From Candidatus Woesearchaeota archaeon (GTDB lineage Archaea > Nanobdellota > Nanobdellia > Pacearchaeales > GW2011-AR1), in assembly GCA_964497435.1 (NCBI GenBank), contig CAZCCD010000001.1:29914-61913 (forward strand): a stretch of DNA of 32,000 nucleotides, written 5' to 3'. The notes under the pieces were generated by a model, which was given only the letters and a program-made list of their open reading frames with translations, had not been told where the DNA came from and made no database searches. Below, in pieces: positions 15,848 through 24,516 of this stretch. A program made the position numbers and the translations under genes. Each line of letters opens with the position of its first letter. The stretch's first letter is position 1.

Positions 15848-16543
15848 ATGGCAGAAAAAAGAGTCGCATCTGGAATTCCTGGATTTGACAGACTAATTGG
15901 AGGTGGTTTTAATGCCAACTCAATTAACATAATTTCAGGAGGAAGTGGAAGCGGAAAAACAATTTTCTCATTACAGTTTTTACTTGAGGGTTTAAAAAAA
16001 GGAGAAAAAGTTCTTTATGTTACATTTGAAGAGAAAAAAGAAGATGTTTACGACAATGTTAAAAAATTTGGCTGGAATTTAGAAAAGGCGGAGGCAACAG
16101 GAAAATTTATCTTTCTTGAGTACTCTCCAGAGAAAGTTAAGATGATGTTGGACGAAGGAGGAGGAGCAATAGAATCAACTGTCTTAAAAAATCAGATTTC
16201 TAGGCTTGTTATAGACAGTGTCACAAGTTTTACCTTACTTTTTGATGATGAGCAATCTAGAAGACAGGCAGTTCTTGGCCTGGTTGATATTATAAGAAAG
16301 TGGAATTGTACAACCTTACTTACTGTGCAACATGATCCTCTTGAAAAGAGCAGTGAAGGCCTATCTTTTATAGAATTCGAAGTTGATGGAATAATTCTTC
16401 TTTATTATCCTAGCACAGGAGGAAGGAGAAGAAGATATCTTGAAGTCTTGAAGATGAGAGGCACAGAACATTCTAAAGACATGCATGTTTTTAAAATTGA
16501 CAGGGGAATTAAAGTCGGTCCTGTTACTTCAATTAGGAGATGA
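15848..16543 (+). CDS. KaiC-like/RecA-superfamily ATPase (FlaH-like accessory ATPase)
   Basis: 231 aa. SGIPGFDRLIGGG, then Walker A GGSGSGKT and Walker B RLVIDS. It is the last gene of the machinery operon. Confidence 0.8.
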   Translation: MAEKRVASGIPGFDRLIGGGFNANSINIISGGSGSGKTIFSLQFLLEGLKKGEKVLYVTFEEKKEDVYDNVKKFGWNLEKAEATGKFIFLEYSPEKVKMMLDEGGGAIESTVLKNQISRLVIDSVTSFTLLFDDEQSRRQAVLGLVDIIRKWNCTTLLTVQHDPLEKSSEGLSFIEFEVDGIILLYYPSTGGRRRRYLEVLKMRGTEHSKDMHVFKIDRGIKVGPVTSIRR

Positions 16544-16706
16544 ATCACATATTAGATTTTTATTTAGTTCACTTAACACGAAATGAGACTCATAATAGAA
16601 TTTATTCATTATATTAATCTATAGCTAATCTATGAGCTTAAAGCGAGTCTATTTATGTTTGGTTATTTGATTTAATATACTTTAATTTAAATATCCAATT
16701 CACAAT

Positions 16707-16713
16707 AAAAAAA
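16707..16713 (-). terminator. oligo-T terminator of tRNA-Gly
   Basis: Seven consecutive T on the - strand directly follow discriminator base A73 (16714). Confidence 0.5.
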
Positions 16714-17000
16714 TGCGCGGACCGGGAGTTGAACCCGGCTCACCTCGTGTTTGCTTTTTGTTGTTAATTTATTAATTGGAGCTTTGATTCCTTACATTGT
16801 CCTTCTCTATAAAAGGAGGGGTTGTGCGAGCAATTTCATGAGACAAATCGCTCGGAACTCACAACGAGTGAGGTTGCGAGTTAGGAAGAACCGTAGGTTC
16901 TCTATCAGCCTTGAGCACTATCTTAAGGGAGATGGTGTGAGGAAGAACCGTAGGTTCTTCTCATTGGCAACGAGATATTCTACCGATAAACTACCCGCGC
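16714..17000 (-). tRNA. tRNA-Gly(GCC) interrupted by a ~215-nt intervening sequence at a non-canonical site after the anticodon arm (approx. 16744-16958)
   Basis: 5' part on the - strand (17000-16959): GCGCGGG-TA-GTTT-ATCGGTA-GAAT-A-TCTCG-TTGCCAA-TGAGA. 3' part (16743-16714): GTGAG-CCGGG-TTCAACT-CCCGG-TCCGCGC-A. All four stems pair and the anticodon loop is intact. The junction is placed only to within a few nt. Confidence 0.7.
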
Positions 17001-17023
17001 ATAAAAAAACTAGAATGAATCAT

Positions 17024-17033
17024 TATTTAAAGA
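17024..17033 (-). promoter_or_regulatory. TATA-box-like element upstream of tRNA-Gly
   Basis: Minus-sense CTTTAAATAA lies 24-33 nt upstream of G1 (17000). Confidence 0.4.
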
Positions 17034-17061
17034 TTGTTAAATTAAAAATAAGAGGTGAAAA

Positions 17062-17922
17062 ATGTTAAATCTTATTATTCCTGTTGTAGCTGCTTTTTTT
17101 GCAGGCATTGCAACAACGCTTGAAAAATTTGTTTTAAGAGTGAGGAAAATTGACTTTAGATTTTACCAGGTTTTGTCTTTTCTAGCAATCAGCCTTGTAA
17201 TGTTGCCATTTATTCTTTTTTTCTTTAAAATGGATTTTCAGGCTTTAGAAATTAAAAATATAATTATTTTTTTGTTAGTTGTTATTTTTTCAATATTGGC
17301 TAACTTCTTTGTCTTTTATTCTATGAAATGGGAGAAAATCACTAATTTAGAACCAGCAAAGCTTTTAGAACCACTCCTCACAATTATCTTAGCAATTATT
17401 TTCAGTTTTATTTTTGGTCAGGCTCTTTATGAAAGAAGCACAAGAGTTGTTATACCTGCATTGATTGCTGGCTCTGCCTTGATTTTTTCTCATTTAAAAA
17501 AACATCATCTTGAATTTAATAGATATTTTTTGGCTATGATTCTGGGGAGTTTCTTCTTTGCCCTAGAGTTAGTAATAACAAGGTTAATTCTTGATTATTA
17601 CTCTCCACTAAGTTTCTATTTTTTAAGGAGTTCAATGATTTTTCTTTTTAGTCTTATTATCTTTAGGCCTAAATTTAAAAAATTAGGAAAAAAAATAACA
17701 TTTGAAATTTTTCTAGCTGGTGCAATTTGGGTTGGATACAGAGTTCTCCTTTATTATGGTTATTTGAATTTAGGAGTCATATATACTACTTTATTAGTTC
17801 TGCTTGGGCCTGTATTCATCTACTTGTTTGCCTGGAAATTTTTGAAGGAAAAATTAGAATTCAGAAATGTTATAGCAGCAATAATTATAATTGCATGTAT
17901 TCTTTATGTTATTATTTCATAA
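17062..17922 (+). CDS. EamA/DMT-superfamily transporter
   Basis: 286 aa, about 10 hydrophobic helices in two similar halves. A strong SD (AAGAGGTGA) lies 5 nt upstream of the ATG. Confidence 0.6.
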   Translation: MLNLIIPVVAAFFAGIATTLEKFVLRVRKIDFRFYQVLSFLAISLVMLPFILFFFKMDFQALEIKNIIIFLLVVIFSILANFFVFYSMKWEKITNLEPAKLLEPLLTIILAIIFSFIFGQALYERSTRVVIPALIAGSALIFSHLKKHHLEFNRYFLAMILGSFFFALELVITRLILDYYSPLSFYFLRSSMIFLFSLIIFRPKFKKLGKKITFEIFLAGAIWVGYRVLLYYGYLNLGVIYTTLLVLLGPVFIYLFAWKFLKEKLEFRNVIAAIIIIACILYVIIS

Positions 17923-17958
17923 ACATAGTTTTATAAACTAATAATTTATGCCTCTTTC

Positions 17959-18801
17959 ATGGCAGAGGAAACTGAAAAATACCAACATGAAGAAAGCCTT
18001 GGAGATACCCTTGTTGAAAAGGGCGAGGATAGAGCTCCAACAGACAGGGATTTAAGAATATATCCTATTTCTAAAATTCTTTACATAGTTCAAGAAGGTC
18101 AGGGGGGTGTAAGACTTAGATTTGGAAAAAGATTAGATAACAGATTACTTTCCTCAAGTTTAAAACCAAGATTGCTTCCAAGATTAAGAATACCTTTATT
18201 CCATAGAGATTATTTGATGGATACAAGATTAAGGACTTTAGACATTCATCCTCAAAATATGAAGACAAAAGATAATGTTGAAATAGGAATAGATGCTATA
18301 CTAGATTTTCAGGTTGAAGAGCCGTGGAAAGCAATACTTAATTCTCAAAACTACATTTTAACAACTGAAAAATACGGATCATCTCTTGTTTATGGAATGG
18401 TTCAGCAAACAAACTTAGATGATGTCTCAACTGAGAAAATGGATGAGCATTTTGAAAAATCTGACAGCTATTTATATGACAGCATTGGTGTTAAAATAAA
18501 GAGAATAAAAATAGAGCAAATTAATCTTCCTCAAGAATACAGGGAAAGCCTTGCACAGGGAGTTATTGCGTTGCAGGAAGCAAATGCGAGAAGGGAACTG
18601 GCAAGAGTTGAAAAAGGCATAGCCTTAGATTTGAAAGAAGCCGCTGATCATTATCAAGAAAATCCAATTGCTTATGAATTAAGGAGATTTAAAACACTTG
18701 AAAAGATTTCAGAAGGAAGAGGGAATACAATAATCTTAGACATGGGAAGAACTTTAGGCGATTTACTTGGAGAAGTGAAGCCAAGGGTTGTAAAGCAATG
18801 A
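17959..18801 (+). CDS. SPFH/band-7 (stomatin/prohibitin-like) domain protein
   Basis: 280 aa. VQEGQGGVRLRFGK...TKDNVEIGIDAILDFQVEEPWKA, then a helical RE/A-rich tail (QEANARRELARVEKG). No obvious N-terminal TM segment. Confidence 0.65.
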   Translation: MAEETEKYQHEESLGDTLVEKGEDRAPTDRDLRIYPISKILYIVQEGQGGVRLRFGKRLDNRLLSSSLKPRLLPRLRIPLFHRDYLMDTRLRTLDIHPQNMKTKDNVEIGIDAILDFQVEEPWKAILNSQNYILTTEKYGSSLVYGMVQQTNLDDVSTEKMDEHFEKSDSYLYDSIGVKIKRIKIEQINLPQEYRESLAQGVIALQEANARRELARVEKGIALDLKEAADHYQENPIAYELRRFKTLEKISEGRGNTIILDMGRTLGDLLGEVKPRVVKQ

Positions 18802-18885
18802 TTCCTATTTTTATCCATCACTTCTAAGTTACAACAAAATAGTAAGATTTATAAATAGGTTTTTTCTTGAAGAAATAAGGGAAAA

Positions 18886-19173
18886 ATGGAAGAATTTGAA
18901 CAATTTAATTTATTTGAGTTTAGAAGGAGAAGATTTAGCCATAATTCTGCTGAAGAATTTTTAAGATTTAAAGGAGAAACAATTGAGGATTATATTCCTA
19001 TACATTTAAGTGCCGCTTATGTTGATGCAGAAACTGAAGATGATAGAATTCATCAAACAGAACTTAAATTAGCAAAAGAAGCTCTTGATGAAGGTTGTCG
19101 GTATGTTACAAACATAGACTATTGTGGTCCTTGCATTGCTGCGACTGGATTAAGAGCAGTAAGAGGAGAATAA
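18886..19173 (+). CDS. hypothetical protein
   Basis: 95-aa ORF directly upstream of the surface-protein gene. No recognisable motifs. Confidence 0.4.
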   Translation: MEEFEQFNLFEFRRRRFSHNSAEEFLRFKGETIEDYIPIHLSAAYVDAETEDDRIHQTELKLAKEALDEGCRYVTNIDYCGPCIAATGLRAVRGE

Positions 19174-19178
19174 ATAAA

Positions 19179-20483
19179 ATGAAAGAACAAAAAATATTAT
19201 TTAATAAGGTTTTATCTGTATGCTTTGCCTTACTTTTAACTATATCTTTAATCGCAGGAGCAAGCACTATATTAACAACTTCAACAACTCAAACCTCGCT
19301 AAATACTCTTAATACAAAAATAACAGATACTTCAAGCACTGATTTTGTAGAGGAAAACCCACAATTAATTTATGATATTCAAGAACCAATTACAAAGACT
19401 TTTGATAATAATTTAATAGTGATAGAAGAGAAAGAAACATTAACAAAAACAGAGCTAATTTCTATTAATAATTTAGATAGCAAAACAACTTTAATGACTA
19501 ATTCAAATGATTTAGAATTAAGAGATATTAATTATAATAAAGAAAATCAGTATCTTGCTGTTTATTCTATGACAAATCCTACAGAAGCACAAAATGAAAA
19601 CATAATTCTTGTAAATCATGCCCCTGTTTCTCAAAACTTAAATTACGAGACAAACAAAAACACAGCAGCAGCAATGACTTCAGTTACAATAACTTTAAAG
19701 GCAACAGATGAAGACAATGACAATATTGCTTATTTAATTATTCAAGGTCCAAGCAATGGAATAATTCCTGGAAAAACTAATTCATTAACAGATATATTCA
19801 AAGGAGACACACTCTTATTTTTGACAAAACCAACATTTACTTACACCCCAAACATTGGTTTTGTTGGAGAAGATTCTTTTACTTACATTGCTTATGATGG
19901 AGAAAAATATAGCAATGTTGCAACAGTTAAAATTAATGTTAAAGAAACAGCAGATACAACTGCTCCTGTCATTACAATAATTTCCCCAAGAGACAGAACT
20001 TATGATGACGATGATGTTTTGTTTAAAATAACAACTAATGAGGATGTTTCAGAAGCATGGTTTAACCTTGATGGTGGTTCAAGAGTTTCAATGACAAAAG
20101 TTGATTCAAGAACTTTCACTTATTCAGCAAGAAATCTCGATGATGATTCTTACACAATCACCTTCTACGCAAAAGATCTTGCAGGAAACATAGGAAGTAA
20201 GAGTGTTGATTTTGAAGTTGATACTGATAATGGTGATGGAGAGAGAGAAACAAGAAAATTCTTAACATTCAATGGAGATGATTTAACTAAAAAGCCAACA
20301 ACTCCATATATAGATGAGAAAGAAAGAATTGAATTAAAGCCAGAACCAAAAACTAAAGTTTCTTCAATATACTGGATTATACTGATTTTAGCAGTTGGAA
20401 TATTAATCTTAATAACTTTAATATTGATTATTTCGAGGATGAGAAATAATGTGAGGGGAAGATATACTCAAGAGATAAGATGA
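19179..20483 (+). CDS. surface protein with cadherin-like/Ig-like repeats and C-terminal TM anchor (start trimmed)
   Basis: Start moved to the ATG at 19179, which has an upstream AAGAGGAG and gives the signal peptide MKEQKILFNKVLSVCFALLLTISLIAGAS. Repeat-like segments: ...TLKATDEDNDNIAYLIIQGPSNG...FTYTPNIGFVGEDSFTYIAYDG..., then TAPVITIISP.... The C-terminus is IYWIILILAVGILILITLILII plus a basic tail. Confidence 0.7.
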   Translation: MKEQKILFNKVLSVCFALLLTISLIAGASTILTTSTTQTSLNTLNTKITDTSSTDFVEENPQLIYDIQEPITKTFDNNLIVIEEKETLTKTELISINNLDSKTTLMTNSNDLELRDINYNKENQYLAVYSMTNPTEAQNENIILVNHAPVSQNLNYETNKNTAAAMTSVTITLKATDEDNDNIAYLIIQGPSNGIIPGKTNSLTDIFKGDTLLFLTKPTFTYTPNIGFVGEDSFTYIAYDGEKYSNVATVKINVKETADTTAPVITIISPRDRTYDDDDVLFKITTNEDVSEAWFNLDGGSRVSMTKVDSRTFTYSARNLDDDSYTITFYAKDLAGNIGSKSVDFEVDTDNGDGERETRKFLTFNGDDLTKKPTTPYIDEKERIELKPEPKTKVSSIYWIILILAVGILILITLILIISRMRNNVRGRYTQEIR

Positions 20484-20821
20484 TAGAAAGAATTTTAGAC
20501 TGGACAGATGATTTCTTAAAATTTAGATCAAAGGTTGAATCTGTTTTTGGAAATTTAGAGCAGTTGGCCGAGACTGCGCCAGATATTTATGCACATATGG
20601 TTTTATCTCATGGATTCGTGGAGTATTCAGTAGTTAGGAAAATAAGCGAGGGGGTAAAATACCAAATACAATCTGAAAAAGGCTCGTTTAATCCTAAAGA
20701 TCCTGTTCACACTAAGTTATATTGGGCTCATTTAAGAGATGAATATTTACGATGGGCAAGAAAAAATAACCTCGCAGAGCATTTATTGGATAGAGGATGG
20801 GCAGAATTTGTTAATGATTAA
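20480..20821 (+). CDS. hypothetical protein
   Basis: 113 aa. Its ATG overlaps the previous stop (ATGA), suggesting co-translation with the surface-protein gene. Confidence 0.5.
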   Translation: MIERILDWTDDFLKFRSKVESVFGNLEQLAETAPDIYAHMVLSHGFVEYSVVRKISEGVKYQIQSEKGSFNPKDPVHTKLYWAHLRDEYLRWARKNNLAEHLLDRGWAEFVND

Positions 20822-20832
20822 ACTCATAATTT

Positions 20833-22431
20833 CTAATCCATCTCCGGCATTCTCATACTCTGACCTGAACTTCTTCCTGAAGAAGCTATAACATCATCTA
20901 TCCTTAAAATCATTATTGCAACTTCACTCGCAGAATTAATTGCCTGTGTTTTTATTTTCAAGGGCTCAATTATTTTTGCTTCAAAAACATTTTCAATTTT
21001 ATTGGTGAATAAATTAATTCCTGTATTTTTGTCTCCTGAATCATGTCTTGATTTTAACTCAGTTAAGATATCAATAGGATCTAAGCCTGCGTTTTCTGCA
21101 AGTGTCGAAGGAATAAACTCAAGAGCTGAAGCAAATTCTTCAACAGCAAGCTGTTCTCTGCCTAAAAGCCCTTGAGAAAATTCTCTTAACCTTCTTGCAA
21201 GTTCAATTTCAATTGCTCCTCCCCCAGGAACCACATAACCAGATTTTAAAGAGCATATAACGTCTCCTAAACCATCTTTTAATGCTCTTTCAATCTCGTC
21301 AATAACATGAGTCGTGCCTCCATGAATTAATATTGTTAATGCTTTAGGATTTTGACAGCCTTTAACATGAGTGTAGTTATCCTCTCCATGTTTAACTTCT
21401 TCAACAATTTCTGCATTTCCGAGTTCAAATGGTGTTAGCTCTGATAAATTCCCGACTATTTTTGCTCCTGTAGCCTTTGAAAGTTTTTCCATGTCACTTT
21501 TTTCAACTCTTCGACAAGCATAAATACCTTCTTTTGATAACAAATATTGTGCGAAGTCATCGATTCCTTTCTGACAGAAAATAACATTCGCTCCAGATAA
21601 TTTGACTTTTTCAACCATGTTTTTTATGAATTTTTCTTCCTCGTTAAGGAAGCTATGTAGTTGTTCAGGAGATGTTATTGAAATTTTCGCCTCTATTTCT
21701 GGATTTTTTAATTCTAAAGGAAAATCAATTAGAGCTATTCTCGCATTAGTTATTTTTGAAGGCATATCATGCGAGACCTTTTCTTTGTCTAAAATTACCC
21801 CTGAAACTAATTCAGTGTTTTGAATACCATCGCCCTTTGATTTTTCAATTTTTACATCATTGATATCTATTTTTTTGTCATCTCTTATCTGTCTAACAGC
21901 CTTGACAATTATATCTGCAAATCTCTCTTTTGAATCTTCAGCTCCTTTTCCTGTCATTGCTGTCATCGCAACCTGTTTTAACATTTCAGTATCCTCACTC
22001 GTTATTCTTATACATATCTCTTCTAATATTTCTTGGCATTTTTCTGCAGCAATTCTATAACCTTTAGTTATCACAGTCGGATGAATTTTTTTGTCAAGGA
22101 GTTTTTCTGCATTCTCTAACAACTTTCCAGCAATCATTACAGCTGTAGTTGTCCCGTCTCCAACCTCGCTTTCTTGAGTTTTAGCTATCTCCACCATCAT
22201 TTTTGCTGCAGGATGCTCTATCTGCATTTCTTCAAGAATCGTGACTCCGTCATTTGTAACAATTATATCTCCTGTTGGAGAGACAAGCATCTTATCCATG
22301 CCTTTTGGTCCAAGAGTTGTCTTTACAATTTCAGAAACCATTCTTGCAGCTAAGATATTATTTCTTTGTGCATCCTTGCCTAGCAATCTCTGAACATCTT
22401 CAGGTAATAATACAACTGGTTTATCTGCCAT
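20833..22431 (-). CDS. ths: thermosome subunit (group II chaperonin, Cpn60/TCP-1 family)
   Basis: 532 aa with [21 protein letters not shown] and VVPGGGAIE motifs. Confidence 0.95.
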   Translation of the reverse strand: MADKPVVLLPEDVQRLLGKDAQRNNILAARMVSEIVKTTLGPKGMDKMLVSPTGDIIVTNDGVTILEEMQIEHPAAKMMVEIAKTQESEVGDGTTTAVMIAGKLLENAEKLLDKKIHPTVITKGYRIAAEKCQEILEEICIRITSEDTEMLKQVAMTAMTGKGAEDSKERFADIIVKAVRQIRDDKKIDINDVKIEKSKGDGIQNTELVSGVILDKEKVSHDMPSKITNARIALIDFPLELKNPEIEAKISITSPEQLHSFLNEEEKFIKNMVEKVKLSGANVIFCQKGIDDFAQYLLSKEGIYACRRVEKSDMEKLSKATGAKIVGNLSELTPFELGNAEIVEEVKHGEDNYTHVKGCQNPKALTILIHGGTTHVIDEIERALKDGLGDVICSLKSGYVVPGGGAIEIELARRLREFSQGLLGREQLAVEEFASALEFIPSTLAENAGLDPIDILTELKSRHDSGDKNTGINLFTNKIENVFEAKIIEPLKIKTQAINSASEVAIMILRIDDVIASSGRSSGQSMRMPEMD

Positions 22432-22536
22432 ATTATCCCTCTATTATTGGCTTATTTAAATTTTATTATGCTTAACTAAATATTTTCATTAGGGGACAGA
22501 AATATTTATAAACCATTATTACTATAAAATGACACA

Positions 22537-22995
22537 ATGACAATTGCAGATGCGTTTCAGATAGGCATGTCTACCATAGGAAGATATGCAACAAAAAATA
22601 TATTCAACAGAAATATGTTTAAACTAGGGGTCGTGGCTTTATCAGGAAAAGCTCTAGGATCTGCAGTTTATACAGGAGAATTTCTTTATCAAAATCAAGA
22701 TACTCAAATCAGAGAGATAAGCAATTTATTTAATGCAGCTTTCACATCTACTAATCCTAGTGAACTTGGTTTACAGACAGTTTATGCTTTAACAGGATAT
22801 GGAGTATATAGAGCAGGGTCAAAATGGTTTGTGCCGATTATTAGGGGGGTAATTAATAATTTTGATGGGGCTCTTGGTGAAGCGACAAGAAAACACAAAG
22901 AAAAATTAGAAGATAGGGCTCTTGATGAAGAACAAAGATCTCTAAATGCTCAATTTAATGCAAAGAGAGCTGGCATGAGGGCTCAACGCCATTAA
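22537..22995 (+). CDS. hypothetical protein
   Basis: 152-aa ORF in a clean intergenic context. No motifs recognised. Confidence 0.45.
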   Translation: MTIADAFQIGMSTIGRYATKNIFNRNMFKLGVVALSGKALGSAVYTGEFLYQNQDTQIREISNLFNAAFTSTNPSELGLQTVYALTGYGVYRAGSKWFVPIIRGVINNFDGALGEATRKHKEKLEDRALDEEQRSLNAQFNAKRAGMRAQRH

Positions 22996-23083
22996 GCCCT
23001 TTTAAACACTATTGTTTTATAATCCTCATATTATTTATAAGCAAAATTTATAAGTTATAAAGCCTTTATTTTTTTGTCTTAAA

Positions 23084-23638
23084 ATGGAAAAAATCTTAGT
23101 GTCAGACATAATGACACGAGACCCAATAATTATAAAACCAACTACAAATCTTTTAGAGTGCGCCAAGAAAATGGTTAAGAAAAAAGTTGGTAGCCTTCTT
23201 ATCGTGGATAATAAAAGACTTGTTGGTTTTGTTTCAAGGAAGGACATTTTATGGGCATTGGTAAAAAAATCTAGAAAAGATCTTTTAGATATCACTGCTG
23301 TTGATATTTCTCCAAGAAAAATTGCGGCAATAAAACCAACATCGAGTATAAGAGAAGCTTTAGATAAAATGAAGAAACTTAAATTTCAAACACTTCCAGT
23401 CATATACAACGGAAGTCTTGTTGGCATGGTTACTATTAAAGACATATTAAATTTCTATCCTGAAGCATATGAGGAATTAGGAGAGTTTGACAAGATAAGA
23501 GAAGAGTCTCAAAAACTTAAGAGGATAAGCAAGGCAAAAAACAGGAGAGAGGGAATATGTGAGGAATGCGGTAATTTTGATATATTATACAAAGTTAATG
23601 ATACATTAATGTGCGAATCCTGCATGGAAAAGATTTAG
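23084..23638 (+). CDS. CBS domain pair protein with C-terminal zinc-ribbon
   Basis: 184 aa. Two CBS-like units (VSDIMTRDPIIIKP...LLIVDNKRLVGFVSRKDIL; ...LPVIYNGSLVGMVTIKDIL), then CEECG...CESC. Confidence 0.8.
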   Translation: MEKILVSDIMTRDPIIIKPTTNLLECAKKMVKKKVGSLLIVDNKRLVGFVSRKDILWALVKKSRKDLLDITAVDISPRKIAAIKPTSSIREALDKMKKLKFQTLPVIYNGSLVGMVTIKDILNFYPEAYEELGEFDKIREESQKLKRISKAKNRREGICEECGNFDILYKVNDTLMCESCMEKI

Positions 23639-23940
23639 ATATATTTTATTTTAATATTCTATACCTTAAAAATAAGTTGGTTCGTAACAATTATATTAAT
23701 ATCAACAATAAAGTTAATAAAATTTGAATTCTTAATAATTAGTTTTGTTCGTTAATATTAATTTATAGCAAAGAGCCATTATATCTCTGAATCTAAGCAA
23801 TAATATATAAACTAAACATTAAATGATTTCTTTAATCAAATCATTAAAAACATTTAAATATCTTCTTTAACTTTAAATTAAGAGGTGAAAAATGGTTGAA
23901 GTAATAATAAAAAGAGTAAACGAGCCATTTTATAGATAAA

Positions 23941-24447
23941 ATGCCTGAAGAAGAAATAATGTTCTCAAGTAAAGTTAAGTATAATGGCATATTCTCACTT
24001 AAAGATTTCTATCAATTTTGCTATGATTGGCTTACTCAACAAACATTACTCTTATTAATCGAAGATCAATATACTGAAAAACTGAAAGGGGAGATGAAAG
24101 ACCTTGAAATAAAATGGACTGGAACAAGAAAAGTGACAGATTACTTTAAATTTAAGATTGGCGTTAATTTTAGAATAAATGATTTGGCAAACGTTGAAGT
24201 TATTCAAGATAATATAAAAATGAAGACAAATAAAGGCACAGTTGAGGTTGGAGTCAAAGGAACCTTGATGAGAGACTACGAAGGCAAATTTGAGAGAGGA
24301 GCTTTCAGGAAATTTTTAAGAGGAGTCTATGAAAAATGGGTCATACCTTCAAGAGTAGAGCAGTTTAAAGAAAGAATTATATTTGATTGCGATGAATTTT
24401 TAGGACAGGCAAAGGCTTGGCTTGACCTTGAGGGAAGAAGGAGTTAA
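23941..24447 (+). CDS. hypothetical protein (preceded in-frame by a 15-codon SD-driven mini-ORF)
   Basis: 168-aa ORF. See the finding on 23881-23943. Confidence 0.5.
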   Translation: MPEEEIMFSSKVKYNGIFSLKDFYQFCYDWLTQQTLLLLIEDQYTEKLKGEMKDLEIKWTGTRKVTDYFKFKIGVNFRINDLANVEVIQDNIKMKTNKGTVEVGVKGTLMRDYEGKFERGAFRKFLRGVYEKWVIPSRVEQFKERIIFDCDEFLGQAKAWLDLEGRRS

Positions 24448-24516
24448 TAAAAGTTTGAAATAATTATTGATTACTCAATCTCAAAACCAACCCTATTAAA
24501 TCAAATACCCTATGTA

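Noticed and set aside
16751-17068. 105-aa + strand ORF (TTG start)
   Set aside because: It lies entirely antisense to the tRNA-Gly gene and its intervening sequence. Its composition is basic and arbitrary, and it has a non-ATG start.
19095-19178. 28-aa N-terminal extension of the surface-protein ORF
   Set aside because: It overlaps the preceding ORF. The ATG at 19179 has an SD-like AAGAGGAG upstream and yields a canonical signal peptide.
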